Shown: positions 17,972 through 27,229, counted from the first letter of the stretch. The stretch: DNA of 57,711 nt from Candidatus Omnitrophota bacterium (GCA_015233675.1 JADFXH010000012.1:1-57711); one strand, 5' to 3'. The notes: generated by a model not told the origin, from the letters alone. Numbers and translations: made by a program.

Positions 17972-19438
17972 ATTTGGACAACCCTTCATTTTTGCTAAGA
18001 AAATGTAGGGTTTTTTGTATGCGGCAGTTATAGTTACGTCAAAAAGGGTATAGTTCGAGGCTAATTTTTTTAGGACAATAGCCTTTTCTTCGTGATTTGC
18101 CCTAACATACTGTGGGTACAACAAGTTTGTTAGTTCGAGGGTTTTAACGCCGTCTTCGTAAAAATTAGGGTTAATCTTTTGAGCCTCCACAATTTGGCTG
18201 GCTAAGTCTAGTAAGAGCGTTTTATATTCCGACTCTTTTGATATAAAGACCTCCTCAGCAACTCCACCATCGTATTTGTCGTCATAAAGCCGGTTAAGGC
18301 GATCCTTTACCTTACTGTGCTGGGTTTGAAGCGATTTAAGACGGTTGTCGTGCGCTAGGGACAGGTTTTTACGGTCAAATTCAAGCCCCTCTTTAATCCA
18401 TGAGGCCATGTCTTCGGTAATGATTACCTGCTTAACGGGTTCTTCAAAGAGTTGGGCTAAACGATTCTCTGGGTAATATCCTTTTCCTTCGTGTCTGCCT
18501 TTTGAAAAAGTGCAGTGATAATAAGTATAACGATTATTATTTGGTTTACGCTTCTCTTCCCCCAAGACTTTGCATCCACAATCACCGCAAACCAGAAGAT
18601 TATTAAAGGCAAACTCTTTACGATTGGCTGAGGGATGAAACTTGCCAGTTAAAATTTGTTGGATACGATCAAATAGGGGTTTGGAAATTAAGGGTTCGTG
18701 ACTGCCTTGATAGAGCTTCCCGTGCCAATTAAAGATGCCATAATAAAATGAGTTGTTAAGGATATAGCTCAGGGTGCTTTTGCGGATAGGGTTTCCACGG
18801 GGAGACCGGAAACCATCTTTGTTTAGAATATCTGCGACCATTTGTATTGAATACGTGCCAGAAGCAAAAAGGCCAAAGGCTTTGCGGAGGTGTTCAAAAC
18901 GCTCAGTGTCGATTTCTAATCTTCGGGTTTCCCTATTGTTTTTATAGCCTAGGGGAGCTGTGGCAGGGTATAAACCTTGCTCAGCTTTCTCAACCATTCC
19001 CATTCGAGTTTTGCGAGAAATGTCATTAGACATTTTTTTGGCTACAGCTACTTCAATGTCAAGCATGAAGAGATCATCAGGAGTCGAATCTCTATTGTAA
19101 ATCTTGTTCGAGCGGGAAAAGTGAATGGTTTTATTATGATGCTGAACTAGGTCATAGATTTTGAGCTTATCAAAATCATTACGGGTCATCCGATCAAGAA
19201 TATCAAATATGATGTGCTCAACTTCGGGGTGGGCTTTGGCATAGTCGATCATTTGATTAAAGGCCACACGGTCTTTTTTACGATCCCAAGCGGATTCAGA
19301 AACCTTCCATTGTTTGACTATACTAAAGCCTTTGCGCTGGGCATATTCATGCCCCAGCTTTTCTTGAGCATCAAGGGAATATCCCTCCTTTTCTTGCTCT
19401 TTACTGGATACTCGGACATATAAAAGGGCAGTCTTCAT
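17909..19438 (-). CDS. Large serine recombinase; last codons run antisense through tRNA-Gln
   Basis: YVRVSSKEQ catalytic motif, DRMTRN, APLGY, zinc ribbon CGDCG...YYHC, coiled coil; ends WLPRMDSNHDTEIQNLMSYH. Confidence 0.93.
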   Translation of the reverse strand: MKTALLYVRVSSKEQEKEGYSLDAQEKLGHEYAQRKGFSIVKQWKVSESAWDRKKDRVAFNQMIDYAKAHPEVEHIIFDILDRMTRNDFDKLKIYDLVQHHNKTIHFSRSNKIYNRDSTPDDLFMLDIEVAVAKKMSNDISRKTRMGMVEKAEQGLYPATAPLGYKNNRETRRLEIDTERFEHLRKAFGLFASGTYSIQMVADILNKDGFRSPRGNPIRKSTLSYILNNSFYYGIFNWHGKLYQGSHEPLISKPLFDRIQQILTGKFHPSANRKEFAFNNLLVCGDCGCKVLGEEKRKPNNNRYTYYHCTFSKGRHEGKGYYPENRLAQLFEEPVKQVIITEDMASWIKEGLEFDRKNLSLAHDNRLKSLQTQHSKVKDRLNRLYDDKYDGGVAEEVFISKESEYKTLLLDLASQIVEAQKINPNFYEDGVKTLELTNLLYPQYVRANHEEKAIVLKKLASNYTLFDVTITAAYKKPYIFLAKMKGCPNWLPRMDSNHDTEIQNLMSYH

Positions 19439-19611
19439 TTATTTTTTAGCAACTTCTCTATGTGGTAAGTTTGTATTTTGTTTGGTTGCGATTTTCCATT
19501 CAACCATCGGTTGACGGTAGAGAAGGCAACATTAAGTTTTTCAGCAAGCTCTTCCTGGGAAATTTTATTTTCTAATCTGTAGGTTTCTAGGTGGTCAATT
19601 AGATTTGTCAT
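19435..19611 (-). CDS. XRE-family HTH protein (58 aa, not in the ORF track)
   Basis: MTNLIDHLETYRLENKISQEELAEKLNVAFSTVNRWLNGKSQP; ATGA overlap with the recombinase start. Confidence 0.85.
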   Translation of the reverse strand: MTNLIDHLETYRLENKISQEELAEKLNVAFSTVNRWLNGKSQPNKIQTYHIEKLLKNK

Positions 19612-19654
19612 GGTTTAATCCTTTCTTGCAGAATATAGCGTTTAGTTTTAACGG

Positions 19655-20743
19655 TCAAGTTCTATTTTTAATGAGTTCACTAACCCTCTGAGCGATCTGT
19701 TCTGTCTGTTCCTCCTGTCTTGGTCTATTAAGTAAATTTCTTATTATCTCACCCTGACGATATTCCTCTACATATCCATAGCTAGAGAAAGTTGTTGAAA
19801 CATGGTCATGACCTAAGTTTTGACTCCACGCTTTAAAGTCTTCGGGGGTCTTGCAGAGCGTTTCCCCCAGACGGACAAGCGTTTTGCGAAACAAATGGGG
19901 AGAGGAATATTCTAGCCCAGTCTTTTCAAAGGCTTCTTTAAATATTCCCCGCATTTGATTTGCCGATTGCCAGCACACAGGCTCTATCCCAACACTTGTA
20001 AAGCAGTTGTTTTTATCTAAGCCAATCTTTGTGCGGGGGAATAAGGGGTCATTGATTCCATAGAGTTTTTCTTTAATCAGATAGTTTGCCCAATCCTTGA
20101 CAATTACCTTGATGTCCTCACCAACGGGGAAGAAATAGGTATAAATCGTTTTGCTGAATTTGGTATTTACCTCACCGCCGATTTGTTCAACAAGCTCATC
20201 TTCAAGTTTAAGGTGCTTTAACTTTAGGGAGACTATTGCGCTGTCTCTTATACAGGTAAGAAAGGTAAAGGCCACGATTGCACGGTTACGGCGTTCTATG
20301 TCCGTATTGGCTGGCATGGAAAAGATAACTTGCCTGATTTGCTCTGGTGTCGGCACGGCTTCCCTTTTGGGGGTTTGAGCGATTCTTGTATCCTTTTCGG
20401 ATAGATTGAAGTATTCAATCTCACGAATATCAATGTGGCGGAAGCCTTTTTGGTAAGCCAGCCATTTAAAGAAGTCTTTTAAGTGGCGAAGGGTTGAAAA
20501 AAGCGTAGATTTGCTTAAAGGTTCATGGGACAAGACAGCTTTTGTTTCGGCCAGATGTTTCTTAAAGGCAATCGCCTTTTGTTTGTTAAAAGATTTAAAG
20601 TCTTGAAATTTGGTATAAATTTCATAGCGGGTCATGGCTTGGCGGATATTATCAATGGAGTTCTGGCTTTTCTGGTTGGCTTCTTTTTGCCATTCAAAAT
20701 AAATACGCTTAACTCGCTCGTTGGAGGGGTTGAATTTTGTCAT
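19655..20743 (-). CDS. Tyrosine recombinase
   Basis: Catalytic set R (CIRDSA), K (TKFSK), HxxR (PHLFRK), LGH, Y (SSYG). Confidence 0.9.
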   Translation of the reverse strand: MTKFNPSNERVKRIYFEWQKEANQKSQNSIDNIRQAMTRYEIYTKFQDFKSFNKQKAIAFKKHLAETKAVLSHEPLSKSTLFSTLRHLKDFFKWLAYQKGFRHIDIREIEYFNLSEKDTRIAQTPKREAVPTPEQIRQVIFSMPANTDIERRNRAIVAFTFLTCIRDSAIVSLKLKHLKLEDELVEQIGGEVNTKFSKTIYTYFFPVGEDIKVIVKDWANYLIKEKLYGINDPLFPRTKIGLDKNNCFTSVGIEPVCWQSANQMRGIFKEAFEKTGLEYSSPHLFRKTLVRLGETLCKTPEDFKAWSQNLGHDHVSTTFSSYGYVEEYRQGEIIRNLLNRPRQEEQTEQIAQRVSELIKNRT

Positions 20744-21228
20744 GTTCCTGTCACCTCATTCTTGTCAGTGTTATAGATAGGGGAATTAGACCCAGATAAG
20801 TGTTCATGGTGTATTTTTTGAACCACAAAAATTTTGTGCAATTCATCTAATTTTTTAGGGGAGGATATTTTGTTAAGAGGGGTATTACATTGAACACAAA
20901 GGCCAACTATCATAAGGCGTTTTTCATTTAGGAATTTAATATCAACCACGTTTTCCCAACTGGTGCGGGGTACTCTGCACTTCATACAAAAGAACTCATT
21001 TGGCTGGCAATGCCTTTTTCGGCCACCTTGCCGTTTATCCAGAAATTCTTTTAGATGGAATCCCATAACAAAGAATGGCTTGAGATCATCAATACGGGGC
21101 AATCCTTGCGTGTACCACTCATGAACGGTTCTCTTGTGGACGCCGAATAAGGTCACTATGTCCTGGGTGGAATAGGAAAGGGTCAATTTAATGTGGTGCG
21201 TGTTGTAATTTCTTTTTCTCTTCGGCAT
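20740..21228 (-). CDS. MerR/excisionase-like HTH plus C4 zinc ribbon protein
   Basis: YSTQDIVTLFGVHKRTVHEWYTQGLP; CMKC...CVQC; overlaps the tyrosine recombinase start. Confidence 0.7.
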   Translation of the reverse strand: MPKRKRNYNTHHIKLTLSYSTQDIVTLFGVHKRTVHEWYTQGLPRIDDLKPFFVMGFHLKEFLDKRQGGRKRHCQPNEFFCMKCRVPRTSWENVVDIKFLNEKRLMIVGLCVQCNTPLNKISSPKKLDELHKIFVVQKIHHEHLSGSNSPIYNTDKNEVTGT

Positions 21229-21229
21229 T

Positions 21230-21583
21230 TTATAGCTCGAATATCCTGTCGGTTGCTATGATTTTGTGGGCGAGTTTTTGTTCAGCCTTTTTAATCCAGT
21301 TGCCGTTTAAATCACGTCGGCGTTTCCTTTTAGTTCCTAGAGCCAGGATTTTGGGTAAATCAGCTTTAGGGAAGTCCAGTAGCCATAGAGGGTCATCGGT
21401 GCTCAGTTCGTGCTCTATTAGGCTTTTAGATTTAACTAGGGAGGCAAATTTTGATGACCATGTTGATAGTCTAAAATGAGTTTTACAAAGATCAGGAGGG
21501 GAGGGGTAGATTTCCCCATAGTCAATTAAACAAAAAAGGTCTCCAAGCGCATCCTTCCAAACCAAATGTTGAGGAATTTTCAT
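21230..21583 (-). CDS. Hypothetical protein
   Basis: 117 aa, tightly packed in the island operon. Confidence 0.6.
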   Translation of the reverse strand: MKIPQHLVWKDALGDLFCLIDYGEIYPSPPDLCKTHFRLSTWSSKFASLVKSKSLIEHELSTDDPLWLLDFPKADLPKILALGTKRKRRRDLNGNWIKKAEQKLAHKIIATDRIFEL

Positions 21584-21759
21584 GGGATGGTTTCCCCGTG
21601 ATCTTTTTGGTTGGATTTTTTCAACTCAAGCAGGTAGGAATAAAGGCCAATTACATTGTCTGCAATCTCTTGGGCATCCGCCAATGTTAATGGCTCGGGA
21701 CTGTACGGTTGCCAGAGCTTAATCGTCTTTTCAAGGTATTCTTTGGGGTATTTTGCCAT
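21580..21759 (-). CDS. Small hypothetical helical protein
   Basis: MAKYPKEYLEKTIKLWQPYSPEPLTLADAQEIADNV; 4-nt overlap with the next gene; start 21759 preferred. Confidence 0.65.
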   Translation of the reverse strand: MAKYPKEYLEKTIKLWQPYSPEPLTLADAQEIADNVIGLYSYLLELKKSNQKDHGETIP

Positions 21760-21911
21760 ATAATCACGTTGGTTGAAATACAACGCCTTTAACCTATATG
21801 GCGACAAGTCGCAGTTTTCCCAAAGAATTTTTAGTTTGAATTTAAAAATTGATAAAGATTTTTAGAGGGGGCGAAGGGTTTGTCACGTGACAAATCGATT
21901 TGTCACGCTTG

Positions 21912-22886
21912 TTAAGAGTTAAATTGGATTCGGCAGGTGTAAGCGCCTTCTGATTTGTAGGGGAAGAAAGCGTCTTCGTTAATTTGGAAGTATTTTTGTA
22001 GGGTCTCAGAAAGTCGTTGTTTCTTCTTTTTTATTGTATCGTTGGCTTGAGGGCTATCCCAAGAAATTTGGCCGCTTTCTTTGGACAGGTATTCTAACAG
22101 CGACCACTGAGCATTAGGGGAAAGAGTTCGCTTGTCTTCAAAACCCATTTCTTTGTAATGTGCCACATATTTCTCAGTGCCGATTTTGATTTCGACATTA
22201 TTGCTATCTTTAAACGTCAGGGTAATGTTTTCCCATTTTGTCGGCTTAAAAGACTGGGAGAATTTTGTTGGCGGATCATTGGAAAGGTTTTTCGTCTCAA
22301 GAAGATCGGTTCGTTGTGATCGTGTTTTATAGGCTATAGCTACTTCCTTTTTGAAGTCGGTAAACTCTTCGATATTAACAATTATTGCGATTGTATCGAG
22401 TTCGGGGACGATTTTGGCGTAAGAAATAACAAGCTCCCTCTCTAAAAAGTCCAGAGCGTCTTTACGGAAGTTCGCCATAATTCTTGAATTTCCTATAATA
22501 TGGCTACTCATCAGGGGGAATTTATCAATATTAAGCGAATCAATTTTTATTGTAACCTTTTCAGAGGGGTTCATTTGTAGCTGGTCGTTAATGTCGGTTA
22601 TCAAATTGTATATTTTTTCAAGGTTTAAAGGGCTTAAATCATTCAAACTGGTATCTCTCTGAAAAACATATCCGGCATACCAATTATCAAAAGAATCAAG
22701 TATTGTTAGATGGAAACGAAGAGGGTCTTGACGGACGCCCACTGATATAGCGTTGGGTCTGCTGGGGGGATGGTAGTCTCTGGGGGAGTGGTCTTTTAAA
22801 ACTTTTTCTGCTAGTTCCAGCCAATATATGATGCTCTCTATATGCTCAAGAGGGATTTGTTGCAATGTAGGCAAGTGTCTATCCAA
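21912..22886 (-). CDS. Hypothetical protein with a C-terminal wHTH-like DNA-binding region
   Basis: QWSLLEYLSKESGQISW...KKKKQRLSETLQKYF; the frame stays open upstream to 23084. Confidence 0.65.
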   Translation of the reverse strand: MDRHLPTLQQIPLEHIESIIYWLELAEKVLKDHSPRDYHPPSRPNAISVGVRQDPLRFHLTILDSFDNWYAGYVFQRDTSLNDLSPLNLEKIYNLITDINDQLQMNPSEKVTIKIDSLNIDKFPLMSSHIIGNSRIMANFRKDALDFLERELVISYAKIVPELDTIAIIVNIEEFTDFKKEVAIAYKTRSQRTDLLETKNLSNDPPTKFSQSFKPTKWENITLTFKDSNNVEIKIGTEKYVAHYKEMGFEDKRTLSPNAQWSLLEYLSKESGQISWDSPQANDTIKKKKQRLSETLQKYFQINEDAFFPYKSEGAYTCRIQFNS

Positions 22887-23224
22887 TAAAATACGAACTC
22901 CCTCAGATTTGCCGTGTAAAGCTGTGTCAAGTAGGCTAGGGGCGGGGATTTCAACTTGAAAAGCAAGAGCAAGAAGATCAGGCTCTGGCGGAGTGATCGG
23001 ATTGTTTTTATATTCTTGCCGTATTGCCTGAATTACCAGACTGAACTCATTCTTAGAATAGCTTTTCGTAGTCTTCTCCCTTCTTTATATTGATTTCCAT
23101 ATTATAGCAAAGTATAATGCCTCACAATAAGATTTAGTTACTGAACCGGAGCAAAAGGAGGGTAATAACCCAAGCCATAAGGCTTAAAACACATATATAG
23201 GAGCACCGCTTTTCCTATAAAAAA

Positions 23225-23309
23225 CCAACTTGTCAGAGGAAAAGACTGTGTCCCGACGCACTTCCGTGCGTTCGGGGCAGGCGGTCTTTCGCTTTTACTG
23301 ACAAGTTGG
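23225..23309 (+). other. 85-nt multi-stem hairpin in island A
   Basis: ccaacttgtcag/ctgacaagttgg perfect 12 bp, aaagac/gtcttt, tgtccc/ggggca, gacgcac-ttcc-gtgcgtt. Confidence 0.75.
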
Positions 23310-23330
23310 GCGATGAGACTTAAAAATGCT

Positions 23331-23375
23331 TGCCCCTTTTTTATTTTTTAGGGGAAGCCTAAATAAAAAGGGGCA
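23331..23375 (+). promoter_or_regulatory. Hairpin pairing over the ribosome-binding region of the 323-aa gene
   Basis: tgcccctttttt-attt / aaataaaaaggggca ends immediately before GTG 23376. Confidence 0.55.
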
Positions 23376-24347
23376 GTGATGAACAAACTTGTCTTTTTAA
23401 CCCTTTCAGTTATAACCTCTTTTCTTTTTTTGAACAAACCCCTCTTTGCTTCCGATCAAGAAATAGCCGACCAAATTCAAGGTTTAAGGGATGATTTACG
23501 GCAACAAGCAGTGGATGACGAACAAGAAAAACAAAGAGAGGAATCAAATCAACGCCTAAAAAAGGCTATTGATGATTGGGGAGCTAAGGAAAAAGCAAAA
23601 ATTGATTTAGAAATTCAAAAGGAAAGATCAATAGAAGACCAACAAGATCAAGAGGCTATAAAAAATGCTGAAATAAATGAAAAGGCTCAAACAGAAGGGT
23701 ATATAGCCGGAAAGAAAAAAGAATGTGAGGATCATGCTGTTAAGCTGGGCGGAACCCCAAAAGAAGCCGAAGATGATTGTAGGGATGTAGTGGCCTCCAT
23801 AAGAGGTTTAATGGAATCGAAATCCCCCAAAGAGATTGAAGCAGATGAAAAACAAAAAGAACTCGAGGCTTCACTGAGCGATCTCGATAATCAGTTGGCC
23901 AGTGGAAGAATTTCACAAAGTGAACATGACGGTAAAGAAAAAATGCTACTTGATGATAATAGGAAATGGCAACGGTCTGAAAGTGAATCGTTGACCACGG
24001 CTACCAATAAATTGAAAGAAGATATAGCAGACTCAAAAGCCAGGAGGTTAAATAATTCTTTAAAAAGTACCGACAAGTTGTTGTCCGTTGGAAAGGTTAC
24101 CCAAACTGAGCATGATGTACTAAAAGAAACATTGCTTGCCCCCAACATTCCAGAGGCTGATAGGGAAGCCGTATATGATTTGGTGGGAGCGGTAAATAGA
24201 TATTTGGAATTGGGATGGAAAGAAACGAAGGCGACACAAGCATTGAAGTCAAGAATACTAGACATTGAGGTATCCTCTGGAAAGATAACTAAAGGCCAAT
24301 TTGACGAAGGGAAGATGGAATTGCTCGGGGGTCACGTTACTAAATGA
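23376..24347 (+). CDS. Secreted coiled-coil protein with three SHOCT-like repeats
   Basis: Signal peptide ...PLFA; SGRISQSEHDGKEKMLL, VGKVTQTEHDVLKETLL, SGKITKGQFDEGKMELL. Confidence 0.7.
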   Translation: MMNKLVFLTLSVITSFLFLNKPLFASDQEIADQIQGLRDDLRQQAVDDEQEKQREESNQRLKKAIDDWGAKEKAKIDLEIQKERSIEDQQDQEAIKNAEINEKAQTEGYIAGKKKECEDHAVKLGGTPKEAEDDCRDVVASIRGLMESKSPKEIEADEKQKELEASLSDLDNQLASGRISQSEHDGKEKMLLDDNRKWQRSESESLTTATNKLKEDIADSKARRLNNSLKSTDKLLSVGKVTQTEHDVLKETLLAPNIPEADREAVYDLVGAVNRYLELGWKETKATQALKSRILDIEVSSGKITKGQFDEGKMELLGGHVTK

Positions 24348-24838
24348 GACTAATCTTTTTGATAATGAAAATATTCCGAGTGTGCAATAAATGCAAGTCT
24401 AGGTATTTGCTATTTCATTTAAAGTCGGATTGTAAATTTGCAATAGAGAATTTTCAAGCCCTTAGAGACTTGCTTGTCAAAGCCGCTATTGACGGTCATT
24501 TGGGGGAATCCAATAAAGCCATGTTTGATCTGAGGCTTTCTAAGATAGCTTTCCCATCAGAACAGTTAGATAGAAAAACTAAAGTTTTTGAAGGCACAAG
24601 ATTTTCTAGCGTTCCATTTTTAACAATTCTTTTAATGGTTACCATTGGAACAGCATTGGGTCAAGATAAAGGTGGCTTGATGCAAGGGATAGGAGTGTTC
24701 TTTATTTTTATATGGTTTGTGTTCCTGGGGCGTGGTGGTTTTAATGTGCTTTTTAAACAAATTACCCTTTATGATTTAATGAAGAGGTATAAGTTCAAGG
24801 CAAAAGAAGAGAATTTGAGTTATGAACGTCGCTTTTGA
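24344..24838 (+). CDS. Hypothetical membrane protein
   Basis: Two hydrophobic segments; 4-nt overlap with the upstream gene. Confidence 0.6.
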   Translation: MRLIFLIMKIFRVCNKCKSRYLLFHLKSDCKFAIENFQALRDLLVKAAIDGHLGESNKAMFDLRLSKIAFPSEQLDRKTKVFEGTRFSSVPFLTILLMVTIGTALGQDKGGLMQGIGVFFIFIWFVFLGRGGFNVLFKQITLYDLMKRYKFKAKEENLSYERRF

Positions 24839-25250
24839 ATTTATTTTGATTAACCTGGTGATCTTCGGATCACTTTTTCTGTTTTTACGTTGGGTATGTA
24901 CTCAATCAGCTACATGGAGAAACGTAACGGCTTTTGTTGTTGAGCTGGGATCGGCCTATTCTGCCAGCTTTGTTTTTGATATGCTGGTACAAGCAATCAC
25001 CGGCAGATTGCAGTTTGATAATGTTGTTGCGCCGGTTTGTACATGGTCTGGCATAGCCATTGCTTGTCATTTTTTTGCTAGCGGAACAGCGGTATCAAAA
25101 AAGCCCCTCTATCTTGCCTACCTCATTCTTGGGCTAATAGCTACAGCCGCATGTTTTATTCATACATATAATCTAATAGTCGGCGTGTCTCTATTGGTAA
25201 TCGCTGGGGTTATTGCGTTGATCCCAAGAAATAACAGTCCCCGAATATAA
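24822..25250 (+). CDS. Hypothetical membrane protein
   Basis: About five hydrophobic segments. Confidence 0.6.
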   Translation: MNVAFEFILINLVIFGSLFLFLRWVCTQSATWRNVTAFVVELGSAYSASFVFDMLVQAITGRLQFDNVVAPVCTWSGIAIACHFFASGTAVSKKPLYLAYLILGLIATAACFIHTYNLIVGVSLLVIAGVIALIPRNNSPRI

Positions 25251-25327
25251 ATTATGGATTGATTTTTGAGCGAAATCTGCTTAAACTTACGTTAAGCCGC
25301 TTGGATCAGTTCGTGAGACTCGGTGAA

Positions 25328-25363
25328 AAGCCAGTTGCGAAACTCGTCCAAATGAGGCAACCA
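25328..25363. repeat. attR of island A / left junction of island B
   Basis: GAGGCAACCA identical to the tRNA-Gln 3' end; 25328-25351 matches 27280-27303 at 23/24. Confidence 0.8.
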
Positions 25364-25585
25364 CGTTGGACAAGAGGCCCTTTTGGCGAATATGCTGAAG
25401 GGCTTTTTGTATGTGAGGCAAGGGGTTGCGTCATTAAGGATAACAGCCTTTTCATGGGCGGTTGCCGCAAGATACTGGGAATACAGTAAGTTCATCAGTT
25501 ATTTTACCGTCCATCCTGTCATCAAACAATTTATTGATCCTGTGGGCTGACATTGTCATGTTGTGTTTGAAGCGCGGCAAACACA
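25364..25585 (-). pseudogene. Remnant of a second large serine recombinase C-terminus
   Basis: Fragments LQTQHDNV, RINKLFDDRMDG, NLLYSQY..HEKAVIL, YKKPFSIFAK..CPTWLP align with LQTQHSKV, RLNRLYDDKYDG, NLLYPQY..EEKAIVL, YKKPYIFLAK..CPNWLP. Confidence 0.85.
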
Positions 25586-25668
25586 GAATTAACAAATTTG
25601 ATAGCAGGGAGTAAGAAGTATACTTAACCTAAATTTGGGCACAAATCATTTTTTTACGGAGGAATCCT

Positions 25669-26432
25669 ATGGATGTGACGACAAAGTGGAAAGGCCTCTC
25701 TATTCAAGAAATGCTGGGGAACTCGTGGCGGCTATATCTATAGGGGATCTTTTTTTACAGCCTCAAGCGACAGCCACGAATGGATCGTTCACGCAATCAA
25801 TCCTGATATTTGTTGTATCTACTATCGTGGGCGTAATTTTGACGATATCAGAGTTATATATGTGTTTACTGGTCAGATCGTTAGAACAAAATGACGGGAC
25901 TTCCTGGCAGGATCTGCTGGATACCTCATTAAATAAGATTGGACCGATGATTGGATCGTATATCCCTGTATTTTTCTTTTTCTTGTTGTTTTTTCTGCCC
26001 GGCATAGCTGTTGTTGTATTTCTTCATCCCGATGAATCTACGCAGAAAATTGTGACGACTGGCTGGATGTGGTGCGGAACGGCATATTTTAGTTATAAGT
26101 ACGCTCTTTTACCTACAGTCGTAGCTTACGAGAAACCGGTGTTCATGTCCTACCTAAAGAGAAATGCACAGCTAATCAAGGGATCGTTCTATGATTTTTT
26201 TGGTGCTTATCTGGCGCTGGTCCTGGTTTTGTCCCCTGTCTTTGCTATTTCATTCTTTTCGAGCAGCATCCCTCAGCCATATCAAATGATACTGTCAATA
26301 GTTTCCATTGTCCTCTGGGTTCCTTTAACGCCATTTTGTTTTCACTATTTATATTTTGTATATACCGAGTTGATCCAGAGGGAAAGCAGCCTTCGTGGCA
26401 TTGCACCAGGGAGCGTAGCGCCGACACAATAG
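25669..26432 (+). pseudogene. Multi-pass membrane protein, probably broken near the 5' end
   Basis: GGAGG + ATG 25669 reads MDVTTKWKGLSIQEMLGNSWRLYL then TAG at 25741; the hydrophobic body is in another frame (track ORF 25635..26432). Confidence 0.55.
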
Positions 26433-26708
26433 TAGTTCAAATGCGCTGGCATTGGTCCATACATTAGCCCGGCGAGAGAAAATGTTTATTTACAAATAAT
26501 CAGTTGTCCGTTTTGAAACACTGGTGGATATTATAACTAACATACCTGCCACGCCTCTTGGCTTCGGTCAATGCGCATTTTGGGCAGGTTTTATTGATCT
26601 ACTCCCCGTTTGATGCCTTGTCAAAGGTTTGGTCGGGGTTGTTTTTTTGATTGCACAAGATGAGGGTTTGATATATCCTTTAAGTAAATAGACATTAGGA
26701 GGCTCACT

Positions 26709-26933
26709 ATGCGCAATGAAATTTCTATATCCAATATTTTGAAGCTGGATGTCTCCGAAAGAATCCAGCTGGTGGAAGATGTTTGGGATAGCGTTGCTGC
26801 TGTCCCCGAAGCTATTCCCTTGACAGACAAACAGACAAAAGAGCTGGATCAACGCTTGGCTGCCTACCACAGCAATCCATCAGCCGGATCTCCCTGGAAA
26901 GAAGTCAAACAGAGAATATTGTCCAGAAAATGA
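26709..26933 (+). CDS. Addiction module antitoxin (TIGR02574-like)
   Basis: LKLDVSERIQLVEDVWDSV...ELDQRLAAY...GSPWKEVKQRI; AGGAGG RBS. Confidence 0.88.
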   Translation: MRNEISISNILKLDVSERIQLVEDVWDSVAAVPEAIPLTDKQTKELDQRLAAYHSNPSAGSPWKEVKQRILSRK

Positions 26934-27229
26934 AATACGATCTCATTATTCGACCGGAAGCTGAGCAGGATATGCAAGGCGCTTTTGGCTGGTACGAAGA
27001 TCGTGTTTCAGGGCTTGGCCGAGAGTTTCTGCGTTGTGTGGACGCATCTATAGCTCAAATTAACCGTTCTCCCAAAACACATCCAGTCATATATCAGGAT
27101 ATTCGCAGGACATTGACCCGTCGTTTTCCTTTTGGGGTTTTCTATATTGTAGTTGGTCAAAAGATTATTGTGCTTGCTGTCCTTCATGCACGCAGGGATC
27201 CAAGCATGTGGAAAAGAAGGAAGAATTAA
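26930..27229 (+). CDS. ParE/RelE-family toxin
   Basis: IIRPEAEQDM..A..WYE....GLG.EF, RRFPFGVFY, VLAVLHARRDP; ATGA overlap with the antitoxin. Confidence 0.9.
   Translation: MKYDLIIRPEAEQDMQGAFGWYEDRVSGLGREFLRCVDASIAQINRSPKTHPVIYQDIRRTLTRRFPFGVFYIVVGQKIIVLAVLHARRDPSMWKRRKN

Larger units (their letters stand above)
17972..25363. mobile_element. Integrative island A at the tRNA-Gln 3' end
   Basis: Bounded by GAGGCAACCA at 17962-17971 and 25354-25363; carries serine and tyrosine recombinases, HTH proteins and cargo. Confidence 0.85.

Noticed and set aside
17972-25363. Island A as a prophage or ICE
   Set aside because: No capsid, terminase, tail, relaxase or T4SS genes are recognisable
25259-25495. 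ORFs 25259..25489 and 25292..25495 as functional genes
   Set aside because: The minus ORF is a chimera of an old recombinase remnant and the att tail; the plus ORF is its shadow
26505-26518. tgtccgttttgaaa matching 27334-27347 as a fourth att site
   Set aside because: The match is short, the flanks do not align and there is no tRNA core
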